Source: an uncultured Acidobacteriaceae bacterium
GTDB lineage: Bacteria > Acidobacteriota > Terriglobia > Terriglobales > Acidobacteriaceae
Assembly (NCBI GenBank): GCA_963786075.1
Contig: CAWAYA010000006.1
Coordinates: forward strand, 36,075-100,074
Reading direction: 5' to 3'
Length of the DNA: 64,000 nucleotides
Notes under the pieces: generated by a model
Database searches by the model: none
What the model was told of the DNA's origin: nothing
Seen by the model: only the letters and a program-made list of their open reading frames with translations
Shown here: positions 7,910-18,700 of the stretch, piece by piece
Layout: each line of letters opens with the position of its first letter
Numbering within the stretch: position 1 is the stretch's first letter
Translations under genes and position numbers: made by a program

Positions 7910-8974
7910 ATGTCAGACATTCGCTGCATCGGCATTAACACGGGAGGCGGGGATGCGCCCGGCCTCAACGCCGTCATCCGCGCCGCCACCAAAGCCGCCA
8001 TCGTTAAGTATGGATGGAAGGTCATCGGCATCCCCGATGGCTTCGACGGCCTCATCTGTCCGGAGAAATCGTTTGAACTCACACTCAAGGAAGTGAGCGG
8101 AATTCTGCCCCGCGGCGGAACCATTCTCGGCACCACCAACCGCGGCGATCCCTTTCATTACAAGACGGTCGAGAATGGCAAAGAAGTCTCGCGCGATATT
8201 TCCGGGCAGATCGTCGCCAACGCCGCCAAGCTCGGCATCGATGCGATCATCACCATCGGCGGCGATGGTTCGCAGAAGATCGGCTACGAACTTTTTCAGA
8301 AGGGACTGAAGATCGTCGGCGTGCCCAAGACTATCGACAACGATCTTTCGGCGACCGAGGTCACCTTTGGATTCGACACCGCGCTGCACACCGTCACCGA
8401 CGCCATCGACAAGATTCACACCACCGCCGAGTCACACCACCGCGTGATGGTGGTGGAAGTGATGGGCCGTGACTGCGGCTGGATCGCGCTCGAGGCCGGC
8501 ATCGCCGGAGGGGCGCACGTCATTCTCATCCCAGAAATCCCATTCACCATCGATCATGTCTGCCGCTACATCGCCGAACGGGAAAAAACCGGCAAGTACT
8601 TTACCATCGTGGTGGTGGCTGAAGGCGTGAAGCTGCCGCCCGAACTGAAAGAAAACCGCCGCGCCAGCCCTATCGGCAACCTGATCGGCAATGCCATCGC
8701 CCACGGCTCGAAAAAAGAAGTGCGCATCAGCGTGCTGGGGCATATCCAGCGCGGGGGCACGCCCTCGCCTTTCGATCGCATTCTGGCGACCCGCTTCGGA
8801 GTGGCCGCCGTTGACCTCATCGCTGCCGGGGGTTTCGGCATGATGGTCGCCCTGCACGGCGAGTCGGTCGTTTCCGTCGATGTTGCCCACGCCATCGGCC
8901 ATCTCAAGTCGGTAAATCCCAACGGAGAGCTCGTTCGCACTGCCCGCGCCATCGGCATCGGATTCGGGGACTGA
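7910..8974 (+). CDS. pfkA: 6-phosphofructokinase (probably ATP-dependent)
   Basis: GINTGGGDAPGLN, TIGGDGS, PKTIDND and MGRDCGW motifs of the PFK family. GGDGS (Gly, not Asp) suggests the ATP-dependent type. Confidence 0.9.
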   Translation: MSDIRCIGINTGGGDAPGLNAVIRAATKAAIVKYGWKVIGIPDGFDGLICPEKSFELTLKEVSGILPRGGTILGTTNRGDPFHYKTVENGKEVSRDISGQIVANAAKLGIDAIITIGGDGSQKIGYELFQKGLKIVGVPKTIDNDLSATEVTFGFDTALHTVTDAIDKIHTTAESHHRVMVVEVMGRDCGWIALEAGIAGGAHVILIPEIPFTIDHVCRYIAEREKTGKYFTIVVVAEGVKLPPELKENRRASPIGNLIGNAIAHGSKKEVRISVLGHIQRGGTPSPFDRILATRFGVAAVDLIAAGGFGMMVALHGESVVSVDVAHAIGHLKSVNPNGELVRTARAIGIGFGD

Positions 8975-9068
8975 GGTGCCTGCGCGTCGCGCTTGCAATG
9001 CGTCTTCAGCCCTTCCGTTTTTCGAAGTCTTCGCGAGTCCGTTAGTATTCTCCGTGAGGTGGTAAGCC

Positions 9069-9839
9069 ATGAGCCCCAGCGAGAACGGGCGTCTTGTAAT
9101 TCTTAGCGGACCGTCGTGTGTAGGTAAGACTCCACTCTACAAGGCGCTGGGCAAGTTCTATCCCGAACTGCACAGACAGTTTCACAAACTTGTGCTTTTT
9201 AATAGTCGTGCTCCGCGGCCCGGGGAACGCGATGGAGTGGACTATCACTTTCGCACGCGGGCTCAAGTGGAAGCGTTGCGCACGAATGATCGCTATGCCG
9301 TTCTGGAAGTACGCAATGACCTGCAGGCGCTGGACGTTCAGGAACTCGACTCCCTACTTCAGCGTGGCCATGTTTTTTTCGAGGGGAATCCGTTCGTGGG
9401 CCAGGCTCTGCAGAGTCACTCCCGCCTTGCGAACGCGAATCGGCTGAGCATTTTCATTTCGCCGCTTTCGAGGGATGAGATCGTTTACCTGAAAGCGTCC
9501 GAGCGCAACCTGTCGCTTCAGGATTTCCTCACAGACGTCATGCGGCGTAAGCTGCTGCGGCGGACGCGCCGCCAAAAAGGCGAACTTTCGGCCGCGGACT
9601 TGGAAGACATTGAAAAACGCGCCTCCAGCGCGTACCGCGAATTGCAAGAGGCGTGGCGTTTCCAGTTTGTGATCCCGAATCACGACGGCGAGGATAGTGA
9701 CAACTGGGAAGCGTTTTACTACCTGATTGGCGATGCTCGCAAAACCTTGGAAGCCTTCGCGGCCCTGCTCAAAGGTGAAGTTGCACCCGGCGTCGAGCAA
9801 TGGAAAGAGGATCTTTTGCCGTCAACGCACAAGAGTTAA
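9069..9839 (+). CDS. guanylate kinase-like P-loop protein (divergent, elongated)
   Basis: LSGPSCVGKT P-loop and SRAPRPGERDGVDYHF block as in guanylate kinases. TTR is NSR, the YGT block is not evident, and the length is 256 aa. Confidence 0.6.
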   Translation: MSPSENGRLVILSGPSCVGKTPLYKALGKFYPELHRQFHKLVLFNSRAPRPGERDGVDYHFRTRAQVEALRTNDRYAVLEVRNDLQALDVQELDSLLQRGHVFFEGNPFVGQALQSHSRLANANRLSIFISPLSRDEIVYLKASERNLSLQDFLTDVMRRKLLRRTRRQKGELSAADLEDIEKRASSAYRELQEAWRFQFVIPNHDGEDSDNWEAFYYLIGDARKTLEAFAALLKGEVAPGVEQWKEDLLPSTHKS

Positions 9840-9874
9840 CACGAAAGACTCTTTGCTCGCAGCCTCGGTCTTCT

Positions 9875-9892
9875 CTGTGATCTTGATCACAG
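9875..9892. promoter_or_regulatory. candidate operator palindrome upstream of the CDF transporter
   Basis: CTGTGATC-TT-GATCACAG, a perfect 8-bp inverted repeat. Further half-site-like GGATCACG (9901-9908) and TGTGACC (9911-9917) lie before ATG 9918. Confidence 0.4.
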
Positions 9893-9917
9893 TCAACGTG
9901 GGATCACGCATGTGACC

Positions 9918-10919
9918 ATGCCCCAAGAGGTCCGTCGGCTCGAGGAGCGCATGTCGGGTACGATCGCCGGTTTGTCCAGTCCGTCTGCGCTACAGCGCGA
10001 CCGAGAGGAACTGCGCGTCGCCCGCCTTGCCATGCGCTTGTCCCTGGTTGTGGGCGTGATGATGCTGGTGGGCAAGAGCGTTGCCTACTTCATGACGGGC
10101 TCAGCTGCCATCCTTTCCGACTTCGCCGAATCTGTCGTACATGTCGTGGCCGTCGCGTTTGCCGTGTTCAGCCTGCGGCTGAGCACAAAGCCCGCTGCGC
10201 CCAACTTTCTCTACGGCTATGAACGCATCACATTCTTTTCCGCGGGCTTTGAAGGCGCAATGATCGTTCTGGCCGCGCTGTGGATTCTGGTGGCCACAAT
10301 CGAGAAATGGCTGGCCGGGTTGAAGTTGGAGCATCTGGGTTCCGGCACGCTGCTTCTGCTTGGCGCCGGCTTCCTTAACGCGGGGCTGGGATGGTACCTG
10401 CTCCGGATCGGAAAGCGCAGCCACTCGCTCATCCTCGAAGCCGACGGCAAACACGTGCTCACGGACAGCTTGACCAGCTTTGGGGTAGTGGCTGGACTTG
10501 GCCTGGTGATGCTGACGGGCTGGAAGCCGTTTGACCCGCTGATCGCGATCGCGGTTGCTGTAAACATTCTCTGGTCGGGTGGGCGTTTGGCGTGGCGGTC
10601 AGCGGTTGGCCTGCTCGACTACTCCGACCCGGAAACTGGTAAGCAGATTCGCGAGAAGCTGGACGCCATTTGCAGCGAACTTGGAGTAACTTACCACGGC
10701 GTACGCTTCCGCACCACCGGCTACCGGCAGATCATTGAAATCCATCTGCTGTTTCCCCAAGCGACTCCGGTTGGGAAAGCTCACAGTTTGGCGACCGCGA
10801 TCGAGGAGCGACTGCCTGAAGAGTTAGGCCGGCGCGCCGAGGTGATCACTCACCTGGAATCGCTCGAAGACCATGCCGATGTGCATTCCCACGAACACTA
10901 CACTGGGCGACCGGAGTAA
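9918..10919 (+). CDS. cation diffusion facilitator (CDF) family metal efflux transporter
   Basis: Six hydrophobic segments. ILSDFAESVVH and HVLTDSLTS metal-site-like motifs. Cytoplasmic C-domain ending in His-rich HADVHSHEH. GTG 9912 is an alternative start. Confidence 0.85.
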   Translation: MPQEVRRLEERMSGTIAGLSSPSALQRDREELRVARLAMRLSLVVGVMMLVGKSVAYFMTGSAAILSDFAESVVHVVAVAFAVFSLRLSTKPAAPNFLYGYERITFFSAGFEGAMIVLAALWILVATIEKWLAGLKLEHLGSGTLLLLGAGFLNAGLGWYLLRIGKRSHSLILEADGKHVLTDSLTSFGVVAGLGLVMLTGWKPFDPLIAIAVAVNILWSGGRLAWRSAVGLLDYSDPETGKQIREKLDAICSELGVTYHGVRFRTTGYRQIIEIHLLFPQATPVGKAHSLATAIEERLPEELGRRAEVITHLESLEDHADVHSHEHYTGRPE

Positions 10920-10949
10920 GCAGGGACTTTTCAACCAGAGTCAGGGCCG

Positions 10950-11561
10950 CTAATCCTTCATCATGGCATCAATCAGCGCGTAGAGTTGGCTGGCGTCCTT
11001 CATCTCCACGTAGGGCCTTTCCGGATGGCGGCTGCTGACCACATACACGGTGGGCGTGTGTTCGAGCTTGATCGCTCTGCCCAAATCACGGTCGGCGTTC
11101 ACCTCGGCGGCGAACTTGCCTTGCGGATCGATCACGAAAGGCAATTCTACTTTGTGTTCGCTGGCGAACTTTTCAGCATAGCCGCGCAAGTTCTGCGGAT
11201 TGATCTCGAACTGATTCGCGAAAATATAGTCGCGAAATTCGTTGCCCAGCTCTTTCGAATTTTCATCGAAATAGCGCGCAATCACGGCGGCGTCGTAAGA
11301 CCAGTTGTGCATGGGCAAGGGAAAGTCATGGCGAATCAGCGGAATCTTGTACGTCCTGGAAGCCTGCTCAAGAATAGGCGACACGCGGCGGCACTGCGGG
11401 CACTGCAGATCCTCAAACACCACGATAGCCACCTGCGCGCCCTTGGGCGGACGCAACACTGGGTTCACCGGCTCATTCGCCGCCGCGCACAAACTGGCAG
11501 CTAGCACTAACACCAATAGCGAGAGAAGGAGGGAATGATTTTTGGACATGTTTGTCATCAC
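10950..11561 (-). CDS. DsbA-family thiol:disulfide oxidoreductase (secreted)
   Basis: Signal peptide LLLSLLVLVLAASLCAAA. Thioredoxin-fold CPQC active site in FEDLQCPQCRR. Confidence 0.8.
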   Translation of the reverse strand: MMTNMSKNHSLLLSLLVLVLAASLCAAANEPVNPVLRPPKGAQVAIVVFEDLQCPQCRRVSPILEQASRTYKIPLIRHDFPLPMHNWSYDAAVIARYFDENSKELGNEFRDYIFANQFEINPQNLRGYAEKFASEHKVELPFVIDPQGKFAAEVNADRDLGRAIKLEHTPTVYVVSSRHPERPYVEMKDASQLYALIDAMMKD

Positions 11562-11570
11562 GGCCTGCTT

Positions 11571-12056
11571 TTATGGTAACCGATGCGGCGGCGTGATGTC
11601 AGGATGCCGCCTTTGAGTCTCGCCAAAGTATGCGCGAATGTTTGGGCGCAGGAGGTAAATCAGCAACGCTCCTGCAATGGAGAGGCCAACGCCGCCACGC
11701 AGTAAGTCTCCTCTGAGGCAATTGACCAGATCTCCCAAAACCTGAGTGGCGACAATCGCTATGCATAATCTCCATCCCCAGTGCCGGCGGCGAAGCCAGC
11801 CCACTCCAGCCAGCGCCAGGACCGCGGCCAGAACCGGGAATGCAATCCCGACCAGCTTGCCAAAAGGCGCAAGCTGCTGCCAGCCGCGCGGATTGAGTGC
11901 CCAGACTCGGTCAAGAACTGTTCCTCGCCAAATCAAAGTCACCCCGGCGAGAGAAGCCATCACGGAGCCAAAGAATAGAAACGCGCCGATAGCCGCGAAT
12001 AACAGGGGTCTTGCCCGCACGGCCCCAGTATGGACAGGGTGAAAGTGATTCTCCAT
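11571..12056 (-). CDS. hypothetical membrane protein (4 hydrophobic segments)
   Basis: ORF 9 nt upstream of the DsbA-like gene on the same strand. Hydrophobic helices (LLFAAIGAFLFFGSVMASLAGV, LVGIAFPVLAAVLALAGVGW, ..). No family recognised. Confidence 0.55.
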   Translation of the reverse strand: MENHFHPVHTGAVRARPLLFAAIGAFLFFGSVMASLAGVTLIWRGTVLDRVWALNPRGWQQLAPFGKLVGIAFPVLAAVLALAGVGWLRRRHWGWRLCIAIVATQVLGDLVNCLRGDLLRGGVGLSIAGALLIYLLRPNIRAYFGETQRRHPDITPPHRLP

Positions 12057-12252
12057 TTGCCGACTATAAAACAGAACAACGTCGCATCGGTTCGAAAGCC
12101 ATGTGACTCAAGCGGCGAACCTGTCTTCCGGCAAAGCTTTCCTTACCGAGAACCTACAGTCAACGCGCTATAGTAGAAGCTTAATGCTCGCGTCGGTTTG
12201 CTGGAGTTAACTGGGTGAAGCTAACTAATTGGAAGCAGACCTCGTAAAAAAG

Positions 12253-13308
12253 ATGGTGAAACTCTCTTCTCGATTGCATCTTTATCGGAGCTCCCTGCTC
12301 TTCGTCGTAGCTGTCTTGCTGCTTGGGGTTTCCGCTTGCAGCCGTAGGGGCCAGCGGGTGCTGGAAGTCAACTACGTATCGGTTGCTGAGGCCACGCTGC
12401 GCGACCGGGTGGCCCCCGTCTATAACCACGTGGGAACCGTGAAGAACGGCGAGCGGGTGGAGGTTTTGGAGCACGAAAAGCGCTTTTCCCGGGTGCGCAC
12501 GACGAGCGGCGCCGAAGGTTGGATCGAGCAACGCTACCTGGTAGATCAGCAGACCTACAACGCTCTGCAGAAACTCACGCAAGAAAACCTTAACGATCCA
12601 GTGCAATCTCCCGGTGTGCTGCGGAATGAAACGAATTTGCACATTACCCCCTCTCGCGAGGCCGAGCATCTGTACCAGCTTCCATCCGGCGCGAGAGTCT
12701 CCGTGCTGAAACGCGCTACAGCGGAGAAGCAACTGGGATCGGTAGCCGAGCCCGCCAGAGTTGAGGGCAGATCTTCCGGTGGAAGGTCATCTTCCGGCCC
12801 CGTGTTAGAGGACTGGTGGCTGGTGCGCGATGCCGACAACCGCGTGGGGTGGGTGCTGGCCCGAATGGTGGACCTCGACGTCCCGCTCGACATCGCACAA
12901 TATGCCGAGGGCCAGCGCATCGTCGCATTCTTTGCGCTGAATCAGGTGCTGGATAGCGGAAAGGAGGGCACCGGCAAGAATGTCTCACAGTATTTGTGCG
13001 TCCTCACCGAACCACACGACGGCCTGCCCTACGATTACGATCAGATTCGCGTTTTCACCTGGAACGTGAAAAAGCACCGCTACGAAACCGCCTACCGCGA
13101 ACACGGCCTGAACGGCGTGCTGCCGGTAACCGTGACCAGCGAGAACTTCGATAAGGAAGGCGTGCTGCCGGTTTTCATTCTGCGAGTGAAAGACGACAGC
13201 GGGAACGTCGACGAGCGCAAATACAAATTGAATACGCCCATTGTGCGCAGAGTGCTGGCTCCGGGCGAGCAGAAGCAAGAACCGCGGCGCGCGAAGCATA
13301 GGAGCTAG
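12253..13308 (+). CDS. SH3-domain lipoprotein
   Basis: ATG 12253. LLLGVSAC lipobox. Two bacterial SH3-like segments (GERVEVLEHEKRFSRVRTTSGAEGWIEQRYL; WWLVRDADNRVGWVLARMV). Confidence 0.7.
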   Translation: MVKLSSRLHLYRSSLLFVVAVLLLGVSACSRRGQRVLEVNYVSVAEATLRDRVAPVYNHVGTVKNGERVEVLEHEKRFSRVRTTSGAEGWIEQRYLVDQQTYNALQKLTQENLNDPVQSPGVLRNETNLHITPSREAEHLYQLPSGARVSVLKRATAEKQLGSVAEPARVEGRSSGGRSSSGPVLEDWWLVRDADNRVGWVLARMVDLDVPLDIAQYAEGQRIVAFFALNQVLDSGKEGTGKNVSQYLCVLTEPHDGLPYDYDQIRVFTWNVKKHRYETAYREHGLNGVLPVTVTSENFDKEGVLPVFILRVKDDSGNVDERKYKLNTPIVRRVLAPGEQKQEPRRAKHRS

Positions 13309-13320
13309 TGGGCAAGCCGC

Positions 13321-14130
13321 CTAACTCTTGATTTTGGTCGAAGCTGCGCCAAGAATTTCCCGGCCTTTTTTCTCCTGGACGAAAACCGTTACGTGCAGAT
13401 TCGCAAGGTCCCAATGGGAGTTAAATTTCACAACCGGATCTCCTGCGAAAGAAACTGATGCCCCGTTCGCTTCCGCGACCCCTATCTTCCGCAAGGAACG
13501 CAACGTCGCAACATGGTGCAGAACGTGGCCGGCGTTCTCTCCCAGGCTCACCGAGGAATGCAGGCCGTCTTCCGTTACCGCCAACCACACCTCGGCCACA
13601 TCGCCGGACGCGTTCTGCGTAAGCTTTCCCACCGACACGGTAAAGCGCTGTGATCCCTTTGCTTCCGCGTTGCCGGGTGTGATCGCAATCTCTGTTTTCG
13701 GGCCGCGTGCCGCCTTTCCGATTTCGAACTCTGCTTTTCGCGCGTTACTGCCCACGAACTGGCTACGGCCGTCGACGACGAGTTCCGGCGTGTACGGGTC
13801 ATTCTGGAATAACGCAGCATAGTCTTGCTGCCGCTGCGTCCAGTCCGCAGAAGAAAAGGGATCGATCCATCCATCGTGATTCCAATAGTCGACGTGCTCT
13901 TCCAGCGCGATGATCTCTGCTCCAGCTACCGGCTGTTGTTGCTCCAACTGCTGCAGCAATGCATCCGCCGGCGGACAACTAGAACACCCCTCGGAAGTGA
14001 ACAGCTCAATCACCACTGGCTGGCGCACGGCTTCGGCGGCAGAGCTTTGTGCTTTCGCTTTGGCCGGGAGCGCACACACAAGAAGCAACGCAAACGATAT
14101 GTTTACCGCTGCGACTAAACAATATCTCAT
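13321..14130 (-). CDS. DUF1223 thioredoxin-like protein (secreted)
   Basis: Signal peptide. VVIELFTSEGCSSCPPAD...EEHVDYWNHDGWIDPFSS..WTQRQQDYA is the characteristic DUF1223 pattern. Confidence 0.8.
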   Translation of the reverse strand: MRYCLVAAVNISFALLLVCALPAKAKAQSSAAEAVRQPVVIELFTSEGCSSCPPADALLQQLEQQQPVAGAEIIALEEHVDYWNHDGWIDPFSSADWTQRQQDYAALFQNDPYTPELVVDGRSQFVGSNARKAEFEIGKAARGPKTEIAITPGNAEAKGSQRFTVSVGKLTQNASGDVAEVWLAVTEDGLHSSVSLGENAGHVLHHVATLRSLRKIGVAEANGASVSFAGDPVVKFNSHWDLANLHVTVFVQEKKGREILGAASTKIKS

Positions 14131-14201
14131 CGCTCCCCTCTCGCTCTTTACTCAGAGTGGATGCCTGTCCTACCGGGAAAGTTACACGAGTCGGCCAGCG
14201 G

Positions 14202-15431
14202 CTAGCAGTAAAAGTCAGCGATGCTCTTTACCACCCAGCGTTGTTCGTCTTCGGTGAGTTCGGGGAACATGGGCAGAGCTAGCACCTCTTTGGCGGCGCG
14301 CTCAGCTTGCGGAAAGTCACCTTCGCGATAGCCAAGATAAGTGAAGCAAGGCTGCAGGTGCAGTGGAAGCGGATAGTAGATTTCTGTTCCGATCTTGCGC
14401 GCGGTGAGGAACTCGCGGAGTTCGTCGCGGCGGAAGGCCCGGACGACGTACTGGTGAAACACGTGATGTGCCTTGGCAGAGGTCAGCGGGAGCTGAATGG
14501 GTGCGGCATTCTCAGGTTGCTCACCGGTTGATGTGAGGCCGGCCGCGGCGAAGAGCTGATCGTATCTTGAGGCACGCTCGCGGCGGGCTTCGTTCCATCG
14601 TTCCACATATTTCAGTTTTACTCGCAGGATCGCGGCCTGGATAGCGTCGAGGCGGCTGTTCCATCCCAACTCGTCGTGAATGTAGCGGCGCGGACTGCCA
14701 TGATTCCGCAGGCGGCGCACATGGGCCGCCATCTCGGGGCTGTTGGTAGCTACTAACCCGGCGTCGCCGTAAGCGCTGAGATTTTTTGTGGGATAAAAAC
14801 TAAATGCGGCGCATGCGCCCATGGATCCAGCAGCCTGCCGGCCCCAGCGCGCGCCGATGGCCTGCGCCGCGTCTTCGATCAGGGACAAATGGAACTCGTC
14901 AGCCAGTTCCTGGAGCGACTCCATGTTTGCGCACTGACCGTAGAGATGCACCGGAAGCAGCGCGCGCAGTTTGTCGCGCTTGCTGCCGCGCAGAAAAGAC
15001 CCCACCTGAGCGGGATCGAGATTGAAGGTGCGCGGGTCGATATCGGCAAACACCGGACGGGCGCCGGCCCGCGCAATCGCGCTGGCCGACGCGAAAAAGC
15101 TGAAGGGCGTGGTGAGAACCTGATCTCCGGGCTGTACGCCTGCGGCGACCAGAGCCAGCCACAAAGCGTCGGTGCCGGAGGCGCAACCCACCGAATCGGA
15201 AGCTCCGCAGAATCCCGCCAGTTCGCGCTCGAAAGCCTCCACCTCAGACCCCAAGATGTAATGTTGCGAAGCGCAGACGCGGCCCACGGCCGCCAGAACC
15301 TCGACACGCACTTGTTCGTACTGCCTCTGCAGATCTAGCATGGGCACGGAATCGAGCGCCGCCGCGGACGGCGAGTCGGGCTGTCCCGGCCCTGGTTTGG
15401 ACGCTCCGGACTTCGTGGAAGAAGTGGTCAC
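14202..15431 (-). CDS. DegT/DnrJ/EryC1/StrS-family PLP-dependent sugar aminotransferase
   Basis: LDLQRQYEQVR.., GxxVxxFExxxAxxxG-like block, CASGTDAL, FSFYPTKNL (PLP lysine). GTG 15431 start; ATG 15341 (MLDLQRQY) is an alternative. Confidence 0.85.
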   Translation of the reverse strand: MTTSSTKSGASKPGPGQPDSPSAAALDSVPMLDLQRQYEQVRVEVLAAVGRVCASQHYILGSEVEAFERELAGFCGASDSVGCASGTDALWLALVAAGVQPGDQVLTTPFSFFASASAIARAGARPVFADIDPRTFNLDPAQVGSFLRGSKRDKLRALLPVHLYGQCANMESLQELADEFHLSLIEDAAQAIGARWGRQAAGSMGACAAFSFYPTKNLSAYGDAGLVATNSPEMAAHVRRLRNHGSPRRYIHDELGWNSRLDAIQAAILRVKLKYVERWNEARRERASRYDQLFAAAGLTSTGEQPENAAPIQLPLTSAKAHHVFHQYVVRAFRRDELREFLTARKIGTEIYYPLPLHLQPCFTYLGYREGDFPQAERAAKEVLALPMFPELTEDEQRWVVKSIADFYC

Positions 15432-15779
15432 GGAAGGGAGATTGTAACAGCGTAGGCGACCACCTCAGAGCTTTTTGAAGCGACAGTCATTATGCCCTTT
15501 CGGGTCGTCGGAAGTTCTTATTCAGTATGGGGTTGAGGCCAAAGCCGCAAATTTATACCGTTTTTTATAGATGCTATCCAGAAAAATGTGTTTTCCAGGA
15601 ATAATCAGGTAGACAAACTTGCTTATCTCTATGAATAGGCAGGGCTTTTATCGATTGTGATCATGGAAGGAGATTTGCACGCAGCCCTAGCTACTGCGCA
15701 ATTATTTGTTGCATTGTTCACCCTGCGTTCTGGATCAAGGCCGAAAACGAGCGGGTCTCGATAAAGAGGAGAAAGAAGA

Positions 15780-18700
15780 ATGCCGAGTATCAGGTTTTGC
15801 TTGGGAATGACTCTGATTGTCTTGGTCGTTTCTGCGGTGTCACTGGCACAGACCGGTTTGATTGCCGGGACCGTGACCGATACGAGCGGCGCTGTGGTGC
15901 CGGGGGCAGACGTGACGGTTCGCAATACCGCGACCAACCAGTCCCATGGAACCACCAGCGGCGCGAGCGGCACTTATACCGTGACCGATCTCCCCGTCGG
16001 CCCCTACGAAGTCACGGTGAAGAAAGACGGCTTCAAGGTCTTTCGCCTTCCCAGCATCGAATTGACGGTTGCACAATCGCTCACGGTGGATGCGAAACTA
16101 AGCCCCGGCGCGGCCACGGAAGAAGTGACGGTGCGGGCTGACGCTGAGCAAGAGATAGATCTGGAAACTTCGCAGATCTCCAACTTGGTCGATGAACGCG
16201 AGATGCAGAGCTTGCCTCTGATCACGCGCAATCCATACCAACTGGTGTTGCTGTCGCCAGGGACATCGCAGACCGATAGCTCAAACGGCGGTGTTTCCGT
16301 AAACGGTGCGCGCGACCGGAACAACAACTTCTTGCTCGATGGCGTGGATAACAACGATACCTCCGTGCCTGGTCAAATGGGCGGAGTGCTGAACGCCAAT
16401 CCGGAGTCGACGGAGGAATTCCGCGTCATTACCGACAACTTCAACGCCGAGTACGGTCGCAACACCGGCGCCATCATCGATGTGGTCACCAAGAGCGGAA
16501 CTAATACTCTCCATGGAAACGTCTACTACTTCGGGCGTTGGAACGGTTTCGGAGGAGCGCGCGACTATTTTAACCCCGGCGTTGGCATAAACGCGGGTCC
16601 GATGAATCCTTACATTCGTCACCAGTTCGGGTTTTCCATTGGTGGTCCCATCATCAAGAACAAAACGTTTTTCTTCTTTAACGACGAGATGGATCGCTTC
16701 CTAACCACGCTGACGAACACGGCTGTAATCCCCACACAGGGCTTTCTGAATGGGATGTTCGACTACACCTACGTCGACACCAGCTTCGTTCAGCACACAG
16801 TCCCGATTGACCTGGTCGATACCCCAAGCGGTGGCGGGAATAACCCCTCGGCGAACTTCCCCGCGGGCAGTTACGTCGGCAACCCCATTCCGGCTGATCC
16901 AACCATGCAAAAGGTCTTCGCGTATTATCCGATTGCGCCCGCAGCTTCGTCGTTTAACGGAATCTCGGGAACAACTTTTTTCCCGAGCACGTCGAACACT
17001 CATAGCTACAATCCAATCGTCAAGTTCGATCACCGTTTCAACGATCGCGAGTCCCTCAGCCTGCGCTATGCCTATGACCATTTTTACGATCCCAATCCGT
17101 TCCACGCGGATTTCCTGCCGGGTGGAATCGGAGACATTTCGTCCAAAGATATCGACGAGGGTCTGGCGGTGCAATTGACCTCAACCTTGAGCAACCACTT
17201 GGTCAACAATCTCCAGTTTGGATGGAACCATATCTACGCAACCTTCTACCTCCCCAAAGCGACTACGAACGAGTTGGACGCCCCGGGGGGAACAGACGCC
17301 GTGGGAAACGGCTGGGACTACGCCTTGGATCCGTTCAGCAGCTTCGCCAGCACATTGTCTGGGGCGGATATGCAAGCCCGCAAAACGGGTACGATCAGCT
17401 ATACGGAGAGTCTTAGCTGGGTCCATGGGAATCACACCTTCAAATTTGGTTTCGACTTCCGCGATGTGGGTGAAGGCGGCTTTGACGATTTCACATCCCG
17501 CCGCCAGCTTACCCTGGACCCGGAAGCTGCGTTTGAAGGTTTCAATCCTGGGCAATCGGCGCCATCGGGCCCCACGCCCTCAGGACTGGTTGCCAATGCG
17601 CCATATCTTGCGGACGGGACCGACCCTGACCGAGCGTTGGTGGATTCGGCGGATGCTTATTACGCCGACGTGATTGAGGACGCCCAGTCCCAGTTCTTCA
17701 ACAAGACCGGCGTCCGGCAGCCCACGGACAACAAGATTTTCAAACAGCATGAATTCGACTGGTACGGTCAGGACACGTGGAAGATTCGGCCAAACTTCAC
17801 CCTGAACCTAGGAATGCGTTATCAGCTCAACGGCGTCCCGTACGAGACCAGCGGAAATCTTTCCAACCTGCTGCAAGACCCCGGCACGTTCTTAACTGGC
17901 CAGGCCGTGACCTTCACCGTCGTAGGGCCCGGCTCAGGCCACCAGCTCTACCAGCCGGACTACAAAGATATTGAGCCGCGCGTTGGGTTCAGTTGGGATC
18001 CATGGAAGGACGGCAAGACCGCCGTCCGGGCAGGATTCGGCATCTTCCACGACCGCACGTTCGGCAATGCGTTCGGAAATGTCCGGGCCGATCCACCCTT
18101 TCAGGCGTCCTATACCAACTACCCTGGGATAACCAACACGGGGGAGTACGGGGAGACAATCAACAACGCCTTCGGTTCCGGCACCTTTCCCGGCTGTACA
18201 GCGGGAGTTCCTCCTTGCGCCCAACCTCCCGTCCAGGCGGTTTCACCGTCGATTCCCGATGAGTCGCTAGTGTCGGGTATCGTGGTGTTCGATAGTCACT
18301 TCCCCAATGCTGCCAGCAACAACTGGAATTTGGATATTCAACGGCAATTGCCGGGCAACAACGTCCTAGATGTTGCCTATGTAGGGGCGCAGGGCGTGCA
18401 CATTTACGGTCAACGAGACGGAAACCCGCCCGATCCAAATTTGGTTGCCGAGTTGGTCGCATATTGTAGCAATCCGTCCAACGCCTACGGCTGCTCCCCG
18501 GAAACGGTCAGCGGCTCGTTGCTCTATGAGGGCTTTGAATTCGGCTATCTCCCGTTCGACGCAGTCAATAATAACGCGCTGTTTCAGCCCGACTACCAGA
18601 TCAACGAATTCAACTCCATCTATCACGGCCTGCAGACCAAGTTCACGCATCGCATGAGCCACGGGCTGCAGATACAGGGCGCTTACACTTGGTCGCATGC

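Noticed and set aside
9840-9917. NiCo/czcD-type riboswitch upstream of the CDF transporter
   Set aside because: The spacer is only ~78 nt and is dominated by a DNA-type palindrome. I could not see the paired-element architecture expected of that riboswitch.
15662-15763. 33-codon ORF (MEGDLHAALATAQLF..) in the AT-rich region upstream of the first giant OMP gene
   Set aside because: There is no SD, no recognisable family and no way to support it from sequence alone.
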